From Granulicella sp. (GTDB lineage Bacteria; Acidobacteriota; Terriglobia; Terriglobales; Acidobacteriaceae): DNA of 46,533 nt. The notes under the pieces were generated by a model. The model saw nothing but the letters and a program-made list of their open reading frames with translations, searched no databases and was not told where the DNA came from. The stretch lies in contig DAHWNL010000031.1 in the NCBI GenBank assembly GCA_027339965.1, positions 1 through 46,533 on the forward strand. The letters run 5' to 3'. Position 1 is the stretch's first letter. Each line of letters opens with the position of its first letter. Below, in pieces: positions 8,825 to 18,608 of the stretch. The position numbers and the translations under genes were made by a program.

Positions 8825-11124
8825 GCCTTCTCCCCGACAATGATTGCATCCAGCAGCCCTCCGGCCTCTCTCTCAATGGCGAGAATATCTGCGCTGATCT
8901 CTTCGAGCGTGCGGAGCGGCTGTGGCTTGTAGAAGTGTCGCGTGAAGCTGACCTCGTATCCGATCTTGGTGGCGTCTTCCTTGACCCATGCATCGGGCGT
9001 ATAGGGCAGTACCTCACGGCGAATGAACGCCTCGATGCCGCCATCTTCGAGCAGCGGAATCTGTTCGGTGTCGCGCAGATCGGAGTCCGGCTCATATTCG
9101 AGCACAAGTTTCCTATCGCCAACGGGCGAAGCATAGCGGCCATGAAGGGGATCGACAGTCGCTTTGCCCGGCCTGTGGACCTTGGCGATGACGGGCGGGG
9201 CGGTCTCCACGCGCCAGCTTACAGCACGAAGGATGAGCTTCAGGTCAGCGGCGGAAAGTTTGATTGCCAGCTTCTTTAGCTCGTCGTCTACGCGGTCTCG
9301 GAAGATGTTGTGATCCTCGAACAGCATCTCGCCATGCCCCGCGCGCAGCTTTGTGGCGACTTCGACAAGCCGGCCATCGCGCTCCCACGTTTTGGGGTCC
9401 AGCAGCTTCTTTTTCTTCTTTTCCGGCAGACCTTTTTTCGTTCCGCTGCCTTCTTCCTCGTCCTCTTCTTCTGCCTCGAGTCCCCAGTCGTTTAAGCGGA
9501 CTTCCAGTGCAGGTAAGATCTTCGCGAATGCGGTGAATAGCGGATCGCCGAATTCTTCATAAAGGACAGAACGAATCTCTTCGTCTCCAGAGGCGAAGCG
9601 GAGCGTCTCGATTGCCTTGAGAGACAGTTGGCTATGCAGGCGGAGCGGGCGCTCTACGGTTACCTTCCAGTATCCGAAGGCGGCATTGGGGAATATCTTC
9701 GACTCCGGGGTCTCCTTGAACTCAAGGAACGTGCGGCTGATGCGTTCGATGTCCTCGGGTGAAAGCTCGCAGTTCTTCTTGCCAAGGTTCTTGCGCAGCG
9801 GCTTGGACCATTGGCTGGCGTCGATCAACTGGACCTGGCCACGGCGGTGTTCCGGCTTCCTATTGGACAGCACCCATATATAGGTTGCGATGCCGGTGTT
9901 GTAGAAGAGGTTCAACGGCAGGGCAACGATGGCCTCAAGCCAATCGTTCTCGATCAGCCAGCGGCGGATATTACTCTCTCCCTGGCCTGCATCGCCGGTG
10001 AAGAGCGAGGAGCCGTTGTGAACTTCTGCGATGCGGCTGCCCAGGGCCGATTTGCCGTTCATCTTCGAAGCCATGTTGGCAAGGAAGAGCATCTGGCCAT
10101 CGCTGGAGCGAGTGACAAGAGAAAGCTCTTCGCCTTCATGCATGACCTTAAATCGCAGGTCACGCATTCCGTCCTTGCCCCCCATCGCTTCCAGATCCTT
10201 CTTCCAGCTCTTGCCATACGGAGGATTGGCGAGCATGAAGTCGAACTCCTGCGCAGGAAAGGCGTCGTGCGCAAGAGTAGACCACTCCGCTCCGCCTACG
10301 ATGTGGTCCGCGCTTTCGCCTTCGCCCTTGAGCAGCATGTCGGCCTTGCAGACCGCGTAGGTCTCAGGATTGATCTCCTGGCCGTAGAGGAGGCACTTCA
10401 CGGATTGGTTTTGTTTCGCCGCAATCTCGATCAGAGTCTGCTCTGCGACTGTGAGCATTCCACCGGTTCCGCAGGCGCAGTCGTATAGCAGGTACGTCCC
10501 TGACTTGATCTCTTTGTCAACGGGCAGGAATATCAGATTCGCCATGAGGCGGACGGCATCTCTCGGAGTCCAGTGCTCGCCTGCTTCTTCGTTATTGTCT
10601 TCGTTGAACTTGCGGACCAACTCCTCAAAGATGGTCCCCATCGAGTGGTTGTCAACGCCTGCCGGGGAAAGATCGATTTCTGGATCGAGGAGCTTGTTGA
10701 TCAATGTGCCGAGGGCATCGGCTTTGGACAACGTCGGAAGCTGATTGCGGAACTTGAAGTTGTCGAGAATGTCCTGGACGTTGGGAGAAAAGCCGTTGAG
10801 ATAGTCCTCGAAATCTGCGAGCAACTGCTGCTGGCTTCCGCGAGATTTGAGATCACGGAGAGTGAACTTCGACGTGTTGTAAAAGGCCTGGCCGGACGCA
10901 CCGCACAGAGCAGCTCGTTGCTCTGTGATGAGAGCAGCATCCAGCATCTTCTTGGTATCGAGGACGGCTTGCTTCGTTGGTTCAAGCACCGCATCCATGC
11001 GTCGGATCACGCACATGGGGAGAATGACATCGGGGTACTTGCCGCGCTTGAATAGATCACGCAGAACATCATCGGCGATACCCCAGATAAAGGAGACGAT
11101 TTTGTTATGTGTAGCCTGGTCCAC
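8821..11124 (-). CDS. hsdM: Type I R-M N6-adenine methyltransferase (M) subunit
   Basis: 767 aa. FIWGIADDVLR N-terminus, GEHWTPR, SAM-binding YDCACGTGG, catalytic ANPPY, LFYNTGIATYIW; long C-terminal extension. Confidence 0.96.
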   Translation of the reverse strand: MDQATHNKIVSFIWGIADDVLRDLFKRGKYPDVILPMCVIRRMDAVLEPTKQAVLDTKKMLDAALITEQRAALCGASGQAFYNTSKFTLRDLKSRGSQQQLLADFEDYLNGFSPNVQDILDNFKFRNQLPTLSKADALGTLINKLLDPEIDLSPAGVDNHSMGTIFEELVRKFNEDNNEEAGEHWTPRDAVRLMANLIFLPVDKEIKSGTYLLYDCACGTGGMLTVAEQTLIEIAAKQNQSVKCLLYGQEINPETYAVCKADMLLKGEGESADHIVGGAEWSTLAHDAFPAQEFDFMLANPPYGKSWKKDLEAMGGKDGMRDLRFKVMHEGEELSLVTRSSDGQMLFLANMASKMNGKSALGSRIAEVHNGSSLFTGDAGQGESNIRRWLIENDWLEAIVALPLNLFYNTGIATYIWVLSNRKPEHRRGQVQLIDASQWSKPLRKNLGKKNCELSPEDIERISRTFLEFKETPESKIFPNAAFGYWKVTVERPLRLHSQLSLKAIETLRFASGDEEIRSVLYEEFGDPLFTAFAKILPALEVRLNDWGLEAEEEDEEEGSGTKKGLPEKKKKKLLDPKTWERDGRLVEVATKLRAGHGEMLFEDHNIFRDRVDDELKKLAIKLSAADLKLILRAVSWRVETAPPVIAKVHRPGKATVDPLHGRYASPVGDRKLVLEYEPDSDLRDTEQIPLLEDGGIEAFIRREVLPYTPDAWVKEDATKIGYEVSFTRHFYKPQPLRTLEEISADILAIEREAGGLLDAIIVGEKA

Positions 11125-11354
11125 TATTGTTTTCGCTCCATTTCAACCCAAATAACCGAAAGATCTGACCTCATGGAAGTTGCCCCAAGCCGTCAGCAGC
11201 TACCTGCTTGCAGTGGGGTCTTGAAAACCTCAATGAAATCACAAGGATATGGTAAATCCGTCCAGTCAACAGTCTAAGGCCCAAGGCCGTGAAGCCCTAG
11301 ATTTTATCCAATCCAGCGGTAAACCTCGAAAGAGCCTTTGAGGCATGGGTCTCT

Positions 11355-11396
11355 TGTCCCGAACGGTTACATCAAATGAAGTAACCGCTCGGTTAC
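11355..11396. promoter_or_regulatory. Tandem palindromic operators upstream of hipB (probable HipB autorepression sites)
   Basis: Perfect GTAACCG-CT-CGGTTAC at 11381-11396 and degenerate TGTCCCG-AA-CGGTTAC at 11355-11370, 26 bp apart. Confidence 0.6.
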
Positions 11397-11427
11397 TCTC
11401 ATGGTGAAGCGCAGGGAGGTTCCGGCT

Positions 11428-11718
11428 ATGCGTGTACGGACTGCCACTGATTTGGGCGCTTTTATTCGGGAGCGCCGCGTCAAGCTGGCGATGGATCAGA
11501 GCGACCTCGCGAAGAAGGCGGGAACTAGCCGCAAGTGGATTGTGGAAGTGGAGCAGGGGAAGCCGCGCGCAGAAATCGGCCTTGTTCTCCGAACACTCAA
11601 GGCATTAGGAGTTTCCCTTGATCTTGCAGCTGACCGCGCGCAAAAGACAGTCGCGGCCAGCGAACCCGGGAACGTAGACATTAACAACATTCGCGATTCC
11701 TTGAAAAAACGCCCATGA
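11428..11718 (+). CDS. hipB: HipB-like XRE-family HTH antitoxin
   Basis: DLGAFIRERR..QSDLAKKAGTSRKWIVEVEQGK XRE HTH; GGAGGT RBS; ATGA overlap with hipA. Confidence 0.85.
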   Translation: MRVRTATDLGAFIRERRVKLAMDQSDLAKKAGTSRKWIVEVEQGKPRAEIGLVLRTLKALGVSLDLAADRAQKTVAASEPGNVDINNIRDSLKKRP

Positions 11719-12569
11719 CCAATCAACTCATTGCTCTGCTGGATGGCCGGGAGGTCGGGACCGTCCATTACAAGGACTCCAGGCTCTCGTTTGCCTATAG
11801 CGACGCATGGAGGAACGATCCAAATGCGTATCCGCTCTCGCTCTCGATGCCTCTCGGCTCGACGACGCACGGCCACGCGCGGATCGAGGCGTTCCTGTGG
11901 GGGCTGCTCCCCGATAACGACCGCGTTCTCCAGAATTGGGGCAAGCGCTTCCAGGTATCCCCGAAGAACGTCTTTCGGCTGATCTCCCATGTTGGCGAGG
12001 ACTGTGCCCGAGCTGTTCAGTTCGTCGGCCCGGAGCGGCTTGAGACGTTGATCGCGGAACCGGCTGCGCGATAGATTCAATGGCTCACAGAAGAGGATGT
12101 AGCGGAGCGCCTGCGGACCTTGCGCGCCGGCCATTCCGCTTGGCGCGCTGCAAGCGACACAGGGCAATTCAGCCTTGCTGGCGCGCAGCCGAAGACGGCA
12201 CTTTTATTTGAGCGCAAGCGTTGGGGAGTGCCATCGGGCCGCATCCCAACCACGCACATCCTGAAACCGCCAACAGGAGAGTGGGACGGACACGCAGAGA
12301 ACGAGCATTTCTCCCTGCAACTGGCGCGCGCGCTCGGCCTCATTGTTCCCAACTCCAGCTTCGTGCGCTTTCAGGATGAGATTGCGATTGTTGTCGAGCG
12401 CTACGACCGCGCGCGCGCCGGGGGGCGATGGGTGCGCATCCACCAGGAAGATATGTGTCAGGCTCTCGGCCTGCACCCGACGCGCAAATATGAAAGCGAC
12501 GGCGGCCCGGGCGTGCAAAGGATCGTGGAACTGCTCAGGGAGCAGTCCAGCAGCTTAGGCCGGCTATAG
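11715..12569 (+). pseudogene. hipA: HipA kinase toxin pseudogene (in-frame TAG plus 3' truncation)
   Basis: HipA N-domain (LSLSMP, GLLPDN). A TAG at 12072-12074 interrupts a frame that continues with SLAGAQPK, THILKP, VERYDR and HQEDMCQALG. It ends before the catalytic DxHxKN motif. Confidence 0.88.
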
Positions 12570-12747
12570 CCTTTTCCTGTTGATGGGTCCTCCCAAAGGG
12601 CCTGCCGTGGGTTTTCTTTGGCGGAGATCGCTCCTTCCCGTCGAGGCCCCGGCCAAACCCGCGGGAAAGATGCTTTACCCCGGCGGGCTACCCGGGCTGG
12701 CAACGCAGGGAAGGGCAGGGGCCGCGTCTTCACCTGACTCGAAGAGG

Positions 12748-13419
12748 TTACCGGCCGCTGGATGGAAGGGCGTACGCCGTATCCTCCGTGCGCGGAAGCA
12801 GGTTGCGAGGCATCGGCGGCGGGGTCACCACATACTTGACGCTGGTGACCGGCTCCGGCGCGGAGAGCGGCCAGGCGTAGGGAGACTCGGTGGTATTCCC
12901 ATAACCCATCTGGGGAAAGCGGCTGAGGGCAACCGTGGCGGTATCTAGGCGCACGTAGATATCGGCTTTCTGCTTGTTCTTGTGCCGGGAGAGCAGCGGC
13001 CTGGCGCCGCTAAGCTCAAAGCTGTGGCCCTCTACGGTAAAGGCCAGCCGGACGCCGTTGATGCCGTCTGAAATCTTCTCCGCGCCGGCCAACGGGCTCA
13101 AGGAGACCACCGCCGTGCCGACTCCCGGCTCAAAAAAGTAAAGAAACCCGGTGCGGTCGATCTGGTAGTTCAGGTCGATTTTGCCCACCATGCCATCGAC
13201 GGTCAGCACGCCATCGCTCACGTGCGCGGAGATCAGGCGACTGGGAAGGGTATTGTGCCACGCCTGTGCGTGGCGAGAGGGGGCGGCGGCCTGGGCCTGG
13301 GTCTGGGTCTGGGCCTGGGCCTGGGTCTGACGCGCCGTCAGGAGAGAGGCAGCCGTCAGCAGAGCCAGGCTCATCCCGAGCCAAGAAGAGATTCGAGGCA
13401 CAAGTATCTTACGTTTCAT
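12748..13419 (-). CDS. Secreted hypothetical protein
   Basis: 223 aa with an N-terminal signal-like segment, QA/QT repeat linker and beta-rich core; GGAGGAG RBS; host-like codon usage. Confidence 0.75.
   Translation of the reverse strand: MKRKILVPRISSWLGMSLALLTAASLLTARQTQAQAQTQTQAQAAAPSRHAQAWHNTLPSRLISAHVSDGVLTVDGMVGKIDLNYQIDRTGFLYFFEPGVGTAVVSLSPLAGAEKISDGINGVRLAFTVEGHSFELSGARPLLSRHKNKQKADIYVRLDTATVALSRFPQMGYGNTTESPYAWPLSAPEPVTSVKYVVTPPPMPRNLLPRTEDTAYALPSSGR
13288..13329. repeat. 7 x 6-bp tandem repeat GG(C/T)CTG encoding QTQAQAQTQTQAQA
   Basis: Read directly from the sequence. Confidence 0.9.
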
Positions 13420-13730
13420 CGGTTTCGCGCTCCTCCAGAGATAAAGACCTCAGGGAGCAAATGAGTTGCCATCCCGAGAGCGACCTAAAATCAAACAGTT
13501 GCGCCCCAAGACTTCGCCGATTGTGCAATCTTTTGCGGAAGATGTATGAAATTAGTACATCTTTGCTCCGAAGCGGAGGCTACATTCCCGACATCGGTGG
13601 GCAGACCAGGTTGGTGAGTTGGGCGGAAGAGGGTGGGCACATGTTCCAATAATGAGGAGAGAAGAGCTCTTTGGAGAAGAAATAGAGAGAGAACTCTTCG
13701 AATGGTCAAGAAAAGGAACTCTGGGAACGC

Positions 13731-14831
13731 ATGCCCCTCAACTGTGGAATCGTTGGGCTGCCGAACGTCGGCAAGTCTACTATCTTCAACGCGCTGACGG
13801 CAGCCAAAGCGCAGGCGGCGAACTATCCGTTTTGCACGATTGACCCGAACGTGGGCATTGTGCCGGTCCCGGATGCGCGCCTGGACCGGATCGTGGGCCT
13901 GGTGAGGCCGAACTCGATTGTGCCCACCACCATGGAGTTTGTGGACATCGCCGGGATTGTGGAGGGAGCCAGCAAGGGTGAGGGATTGGGCAACCAGTTC
14001 CTCTCGCACATCCGGCAGACGGATGCGACTCTACATGTGGTGCGCTGCTTTGAAGACCCCGAGGTGGTCCACGTGGCCGGGGCGGTGAATCCGCTGCACG
14101 ACATCGAGATCATCAACACCGAGCTGCTGCTGGCCGATCTGGAGACCGTGGAGAAGCGCCGGACCAAGGCCGAGAAGGCGGCCAAGAGCCCCGGCGCCGG
14201 CGCGGCCCAGAAGAGTGAGCTGAGCGCGGTACGGAAGCTGCACGAGGCCCTGAGCGCGGGCAAGCCGGCGCGGAGGGTGGAGTTGGCCGAGGACGAGCGA
14301 GTGGCGGCGCGGGATCTGTTCCTGATCACGATGAAGCCGCAGCTCTACGTAGCCAATGTGGATGAGGCTGGGATTGCGGGCGGCAACGCGTTCACCCGGG
14401 CGGTGGAACTGCGGGCGGCCGAAGAGGGCAGTGAGGTGGTGCGGATCTGCGGCGCGATGGAGGCCGAGATTGCACAACTGGAGCCGGCCGAACGCAGCGA
14501 GTTTCTGGAGGCGGCGGGGCTGGAAGAGCCGGGGTTGCACCGGCTGATCCACGCGGCCTATCGGCTGCTGGGCTTGATCACCTACTTCACCGCCGGGGTG
14601 CAGGAGGTACGGGCGTGGACGATCCGGCGCGGGACCAAGGCTCCGGGAGCGGCAGGCGTGATCCACTCGGACTTTGAGCGCGGGTTTATCAAGGCCGACT
14701 GCTACGCCTGCGAGGATCTGTTCCGGCTGGGCAGCGAGCAGGCGGTGAAGGAGGCCGGGCTGCTGCGCTCCGAGGGCAAAGAGTACGTGGTCAAGGACGG
14801 CGACATCCTGTTCTTCAAGTTCAACGTGTGA
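13731..14831 (+). CDS. ychF: Ribosome-binding ATPase YchF
   Basis: GIVGLPNVGKST, NYPFCTIDPN, DIAG, HSDFERGFIKA and a TGS-domain C-terminus. Confidence 0.97.
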   Translation: MPLNCGIVGLPNVGKSTIFNALTAAKAQAANYPFCTIDPNVGIVPVPDARLDRIVGLVRPNSIVPTTMEFVDIAGIVEGASKGEGLGNQFLSHIRQTDATLHVVRCFEDPEVVHVAGAVNPLHDIEIINTELLLADLETVEKRRTKAEKAAKSPGAGAAQKSELSAVRKLHEALSAGKPARRVELAEDERVAARDLFLITMKPQLYVANVDEAGIAGGNAFTRAVELRAAEEGSEVVRICGAMEAEIAQLEPAERSEFLEAAGLEEPGLHRLIHAAYRLLGLITYFTAGVQEVRAWTIRRGTKAPGAAGVIHSDFERGFIKADCYACEDLFRLGSEQAVKEAGLLRSEGKEYVVKDGDILFFKFNV

Positions 14832-14883
14832 CCGGGGGCGCACACGCCGCGGGAAGCACCCTGCGGGCCGCAGCGATGCGCTT

Positions 14884-15231
14884 TCACTGCAAGGTGAGGG
14901 TACCGCTGCCGGTGTCGTTGGCGCAGGAGCCGCCGACCACGCCGTAGGTGACGGCGATGGTCTCTGCGTCCGAGGAGAGCCTGCCGCTGAGACTAAACTG
15001 GGCGCCGTTCGCGCCGGAGATCGTGAGTTCAAACTCGTCGCCCAGCATCCCGGAGTGGTTGGCGACCGGCGTTGGCACGGTCAAAGAGCTCAGACACGGA
15101 TATGCCGTAAGAGTGCCCGTGGCGGTTACCGCAAAGAAGTTGCGGGTGTTGAGCGCGAAGCTCTGCGTCAGCGTGGTGGAGAAGCTGTAGCTGTGCCCGG
15201 TGGTCCGCGAGGTGAGGGTTCCGAGCCGGGT
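14884..15231 (-). pseudogene. Probable 5'-truncated remnant of an exported beta-rich protein
   Basis: 115 sense codons (TRLGTLTSRTTGHSYSFSTTLTQ...GGSCANDTGSGTLTLQ) with GC3-rich codons, bounded by an upstream in-frame TGA; no start codon in the first 49 codons and no signal peptide. Confidence 0.55.
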
Positions 15232-15287
15232 TCAGCCGTGCAGATTGCCGCCATGCACAGGCTGACAGTGCGTAAGACTGGAGGAGT

Positions 15288-16448
15288 ATGGCAAGGAAGA
15301 AGCTTCGCGTTGGCGTGTTATATGGCGGCCGCAGCGGCGAGCATGAGGTCTCGCTGCGCTCGGCGCGCTCCATCCTGCAGGCGATCGATCGCCGCAAGTA
15401 TGAGGTGGTGGAACTGGGAATCACCCGGGAGGGCCGCTGGCTCTCCGGCCAACCGGCACAGGCTATGCTGACGGCGGAGGCGGCCGAGCCGGGCGCTGCC
15501 AAGCGTGACCCCAAAGGCAGAGCCCCGGGCGAAGCCGCCGCCGCAACGGCGGCCGGGATCTCCATCGCCGCCGCGGCGGGCGAGCCGGAGATGGGAACCG
15601 GGCTGGATGTGGTGTTTCCGGTGCTGCATGGAACCTTCGGCGAAGACGGCACGGTGCAGGGGCTCTTCGAGCTGGCCGATGTGGCCTACGTCGGCTCCGG
15701 CGTGCTGGGCTCAGCGGCGGCGATGGACAAGGATGCGATGAAGCGGCTCTTTGCGGCGGCGGGGCTGCCCATGACGCCGCATGTGACTGTCCTGCGCCGG
15801 GAGTGGAGGGCAGACCCCGGGCGGGCGACGCGAGGCATCGAAAAGAGGCTGCTCTATCCGCTGTTCGTGAAACCGGCCAACCTGGGCAGTTCGTTAGGGA
15901 TCAGCAAGGTGAAGACGCGCGCGGAGCTCTTCGCGGCAATGGAGCTGGCGGCGAACTTTGACCGGAAGATCGTGATCGAGCAGGGAGTGGGCGGACCCGG
16001 CGTAAAGCCGCGCGAGCTGGAGGTGGCCGTTCTGGGCAACGACGCTCCGGAGGCCAGCGTGGTGGGCGAGATCATCCCGGCCAAAGAGTTCTACGACTAT
16101 GAGGCGAAATATGAGCTGAGTGGGCCGGATGAGAGCCGATGCCTGATTCCCGCCCGGCTGACGGCGGCGCAGACAAACAAGATCCGGACCATGGCGGTGG
16201 CAGCCTTCCAGGCCTGCGAGTGCTCCGGACTGGCGCGGGTGGACTTCCTGATGGCTCCGGCGAGCCAAGGCCGGCCTGCGGAGATTTTGCTCAATGAGGT
16301 GAACACGCTGCCGGGTTTCACCTCCATCAGCATGTATCCCAAGCTGTGGATCGCCAGTGGCGTGTCTTACCCGAAGTTGATCGATCGGCTGATCGAGCTG
16401 GCCATGGAGCGCCACAAGGAGCGGGCCGAGACGCGCTTCTCGCGCTGA
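15288..16448 (+). CDS. ddl: D-alanine--D-alanine ligase
   Basis: GGRSGEHEVS, LHGTFGEDG, VKPANLGSS, FYDYEAKY and NEVNTLPG motifs. Confidence 0.96.
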   Translation: MARKKLRVGVLYGGRSGEHEVSLRSARSILQAIDRRKYEVVELGITREGRWLSGQPAQAMLTAEAAEPGAAKRDPKGRAPGEAAAATAAGISIAAAAGEPEMGTGLDVVFPVLHGTFGEDGTVQGLFELADVAYVGSGVLGSAAAMDKDAMKRLFAAAGLPMTPHVTVLRREWRADPGRATRGIEKRLLYPLFVKPANLGSSLGISKVKTRAELFAAMELAANFDRKIVIEQGVGGPGVKPRELEVAVLGNDAPEASVVGEIIPAKEFYDYEAKYELSGPDESRCLIPARLTAAQTNKIRTMAVAAFQACECSGLARVDFLMAPASQGRPAEILLNEVNTLPGFTSISMYPKLWIASGVSYPKLIDRLIELAMERHKERAETRFSR

Positions 16449-16617
16449 CGGCTCCGGCCCTGTGCGGATGGCGGATGACTTCGTGCGGTTGGGGAGACGC
16501 TCTTGCCGGCCTGTCGAAGGCGCGCCGTGGGAGCAACGCCGAATGACCCTATCTGGCCGTCACGCTCGCCGCAGCTTACGATAGACAAGATATGCAAAGC
16601 GAGGGAAGCGGCGCGAG

Positions 16618-17865
16618 ATGAGCAGTGTGAAGGCTGCGGTTAGCTTGATGGAGATCCGCGCGGCGCAGGAGCGCCTGGCGGGCTCAGTGTACTGCACACC
16701 CTGCGCGCGCTCCGAGATGCTCTCACGGACGGCCGGGCTGAACGTCTTTCTGAAGCTCGAGAACCTGCAGATGACGGGCAGCTTCAAGGAGCGGGGCGCC
16801 CTGAACAAGATCGCGACACTCACCCCGGAGCAGGCCGCGCGCGGCGTGGCAGCGGCCAGCGCGGGCAACCATGCGCAGGGCGTGGCTTATCATGCCGCGC
16901 GGCGCGGCATCCGGGCGGTGATTGTGATGCCGTTGACCACGCCGCTGGTGAAGGTGACCGCAACACGCGGCTTTGGGGCCGAGGTGGTGCTGCACGGCGG
17001 CAACTATGATGAGGCCTGCGCGGAGGCCACTCGCCGGTGCGCGGCTGAAGGGATGACCTTCATCCATCCCTTCGATGACCCCCTGGTGATCGCCGGGCAG
17101 GGGACGATCGGCGTGGAGCTGCTCGACCAAGTGGAAGGGTTGGAAGCCATTGTGGTTCCGGTGGGCGGCGGCGGGTTGATCGCCGGCATGGGTTGTGCCG
17201 TGAAGCAGGCGCGCGCGGCGGCCAGTGGCGGCCCGCCGGTGCGCGTGGTGGGCGTGCAGACCGCGCGGCTGCCTTCGATGCAGCGAGCGGTGGCGGAGCA
17301 TCAACCGGTGACGCTGGAGGCGGCAACGACCATCGCCGACGGCATTGCCGTGCGCCGCGCGGGTGAGATCACGCTCCCTCTGGTGGAGCAGTACGTGGAT
17401 GAGATTGTGACCGTCGATGAAGATGAGATCGCCAGCGCGATTCTGACCCTGCTGGAGCGAGAGAAGACGCTGGCTGAGGGCGCGGGAGCGGCGGCGCTGG
17501 CGGCGGTGCTGCAGCGGCGCGCTGGGCTGCCGCAGGGCGCGCGGACCGCGGTGCTGGTGGGCGGCGGCAACATCGACGTCACTCTGTTGAGCCGCATCAT
17601 CGAACGCGGTCTGGTCCAGGATGGCCGCCTGATTCGCCTGCGCATTCATCTGCTGGACAAGCCGGGAGCTCTGAAGGAGTTGACCACGCTGATCGCCGCA
17701 CACCGCGCCAACATTGTGGATACGCTGTATAACCGCGCCTACTACGGAGTGAACCTGGGCGATACGGCCATCGATATCACCATGGAGACGCGCGGCCCGG
17801 AGCAGGTGGAGGAGCTGCTGACCGCGATGGACCAGGCCGGCTACCACTACAGCCGCGTGTTGTAA
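16618..17865 (+). CDS. ilvA: Threonine ammonia-lyase with C-terminal ACT domain
   Basis: PLP-lysine motif GSFKERGA, SAGNHAQG, PVGGGGL; ACT domain DKPGAL. Confidence 0.93.
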   Translation: MSSVKAAVSLMEIRAAQERLAGSVYCTPCARSEMLSRTAGLNVFLKLENLQMTGSFKERGALNKIATLTPEQAARGVAAASAGNHAQGVAYHAARRGIRAVIVMPLTTPLVKVTATRGFGAEVVLHGGNYDEACAEATRRCAAEGMTFIHPFDDPLVIAGQGTIGVELLDQVEGLEAIVVPVGGGGLIAGMGCAVKQARAAASGGPPVRVVGVQTARLPSMQRAVAEHQPVTLEAATTIADGIAVRRAGEITLPLVEQYVDEIVTVDEDEIASAILTLLEREKTLAEGAGAAALAAVLQRRAGLPQGARTAVLVGGGNIDVTLLSRIIERGLVQDGRLIRLRIHLLDKPGALKELTTLIAAHRANIVDTLYNRAYYGVNLGDTAIDITMETRGPEQVEELLTAMDQAGYHYSRVL

Positions 17866-18050
17866 GGCGGCCAGCCAGCTTGCCGTACCCGTTCGGACTG
17901 GCTACATGGCCGGCGAACCGCCGCGCGGCTGGGTGCGGACACGGCAAGCCGCGACGCATCAAGGAGATCCGAAGGAAATTTTCTGAAGCATCCGATTCGC
18001 TATTTGGCGCGGCAGTTTGGCCCTGTTAGGCTGGCGGTGGAGGTGCTGCC

Positions 18051-18608
18051 GTGCAGAGATTCCGGGCCGCGATTCTGGTGGTGGTGGTTGCGTTGGGTAT
18101 GGGATGTGGGAGTGCGAGGGCGCAGACGGGTATCTACGCGATGTTCAGCGGCGGCTTTGTGGGGTCGTCCGTGGCGCCCAACGCCACGCAGCCCAGCTAC
18201 TCTCAGTTTGGCGGGACGTTTGGTCTCTACAGCACGCTGCTGCCGCTGGGGCCGTTGCGGCTGGGGATGGATGGGCGGTACATCATCGAGTCCTCCGGCG
18301 GAAGCACGCCCTATGGCAACCAGCTTCAGAGCGGCCTGTTCGGTCCTCGGCTGGCCCTGTTCAGCCATTTGATTCCGTTCAGCCCCTATGTGCAGCTCGA
18401 GATCGGCGGCGCCAGCACCAATTATGGACGCTTCCCCTCTCGCTCTACCAGTTTTGCCTACCAGGCGCAGTTTGGCCTGGATGACACGATCTTCCCCCAC
18501 CTCGACGCTCGAGTTGAGTACGGCATCGGCACCATCGGATCCGACATCGGCGGCAATCGCGAGAGGATGCAGCAGATCAGCGGCGGTCTCGTGTTCCGTT
18601 TCTTCTAG
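18051..18608 (+). CDS. Small outer-membrane beta-barrel protein
   Basis: Signal peptide ending ARA-Q, alternating beta strands, aromatic C-terminus GLVFRFF. Confidence 0.75.
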   Translation: MQRFRAAILVVVVALGMGCGSARAQTGIYAMFSGGFVGSSVAPNATQPSYSQFGGTFGLYSTLLPLGPLRLGMDGRYIIESSGGSTPYGNQLQSGLFGPRLALFSHLIPFSPYVQLEIGGASTNYGRFPSRSTSFAYQAQFGLDDTIFPHLDARVEYGIGTIGSDIGGNRERMQQISGGLVFRFF

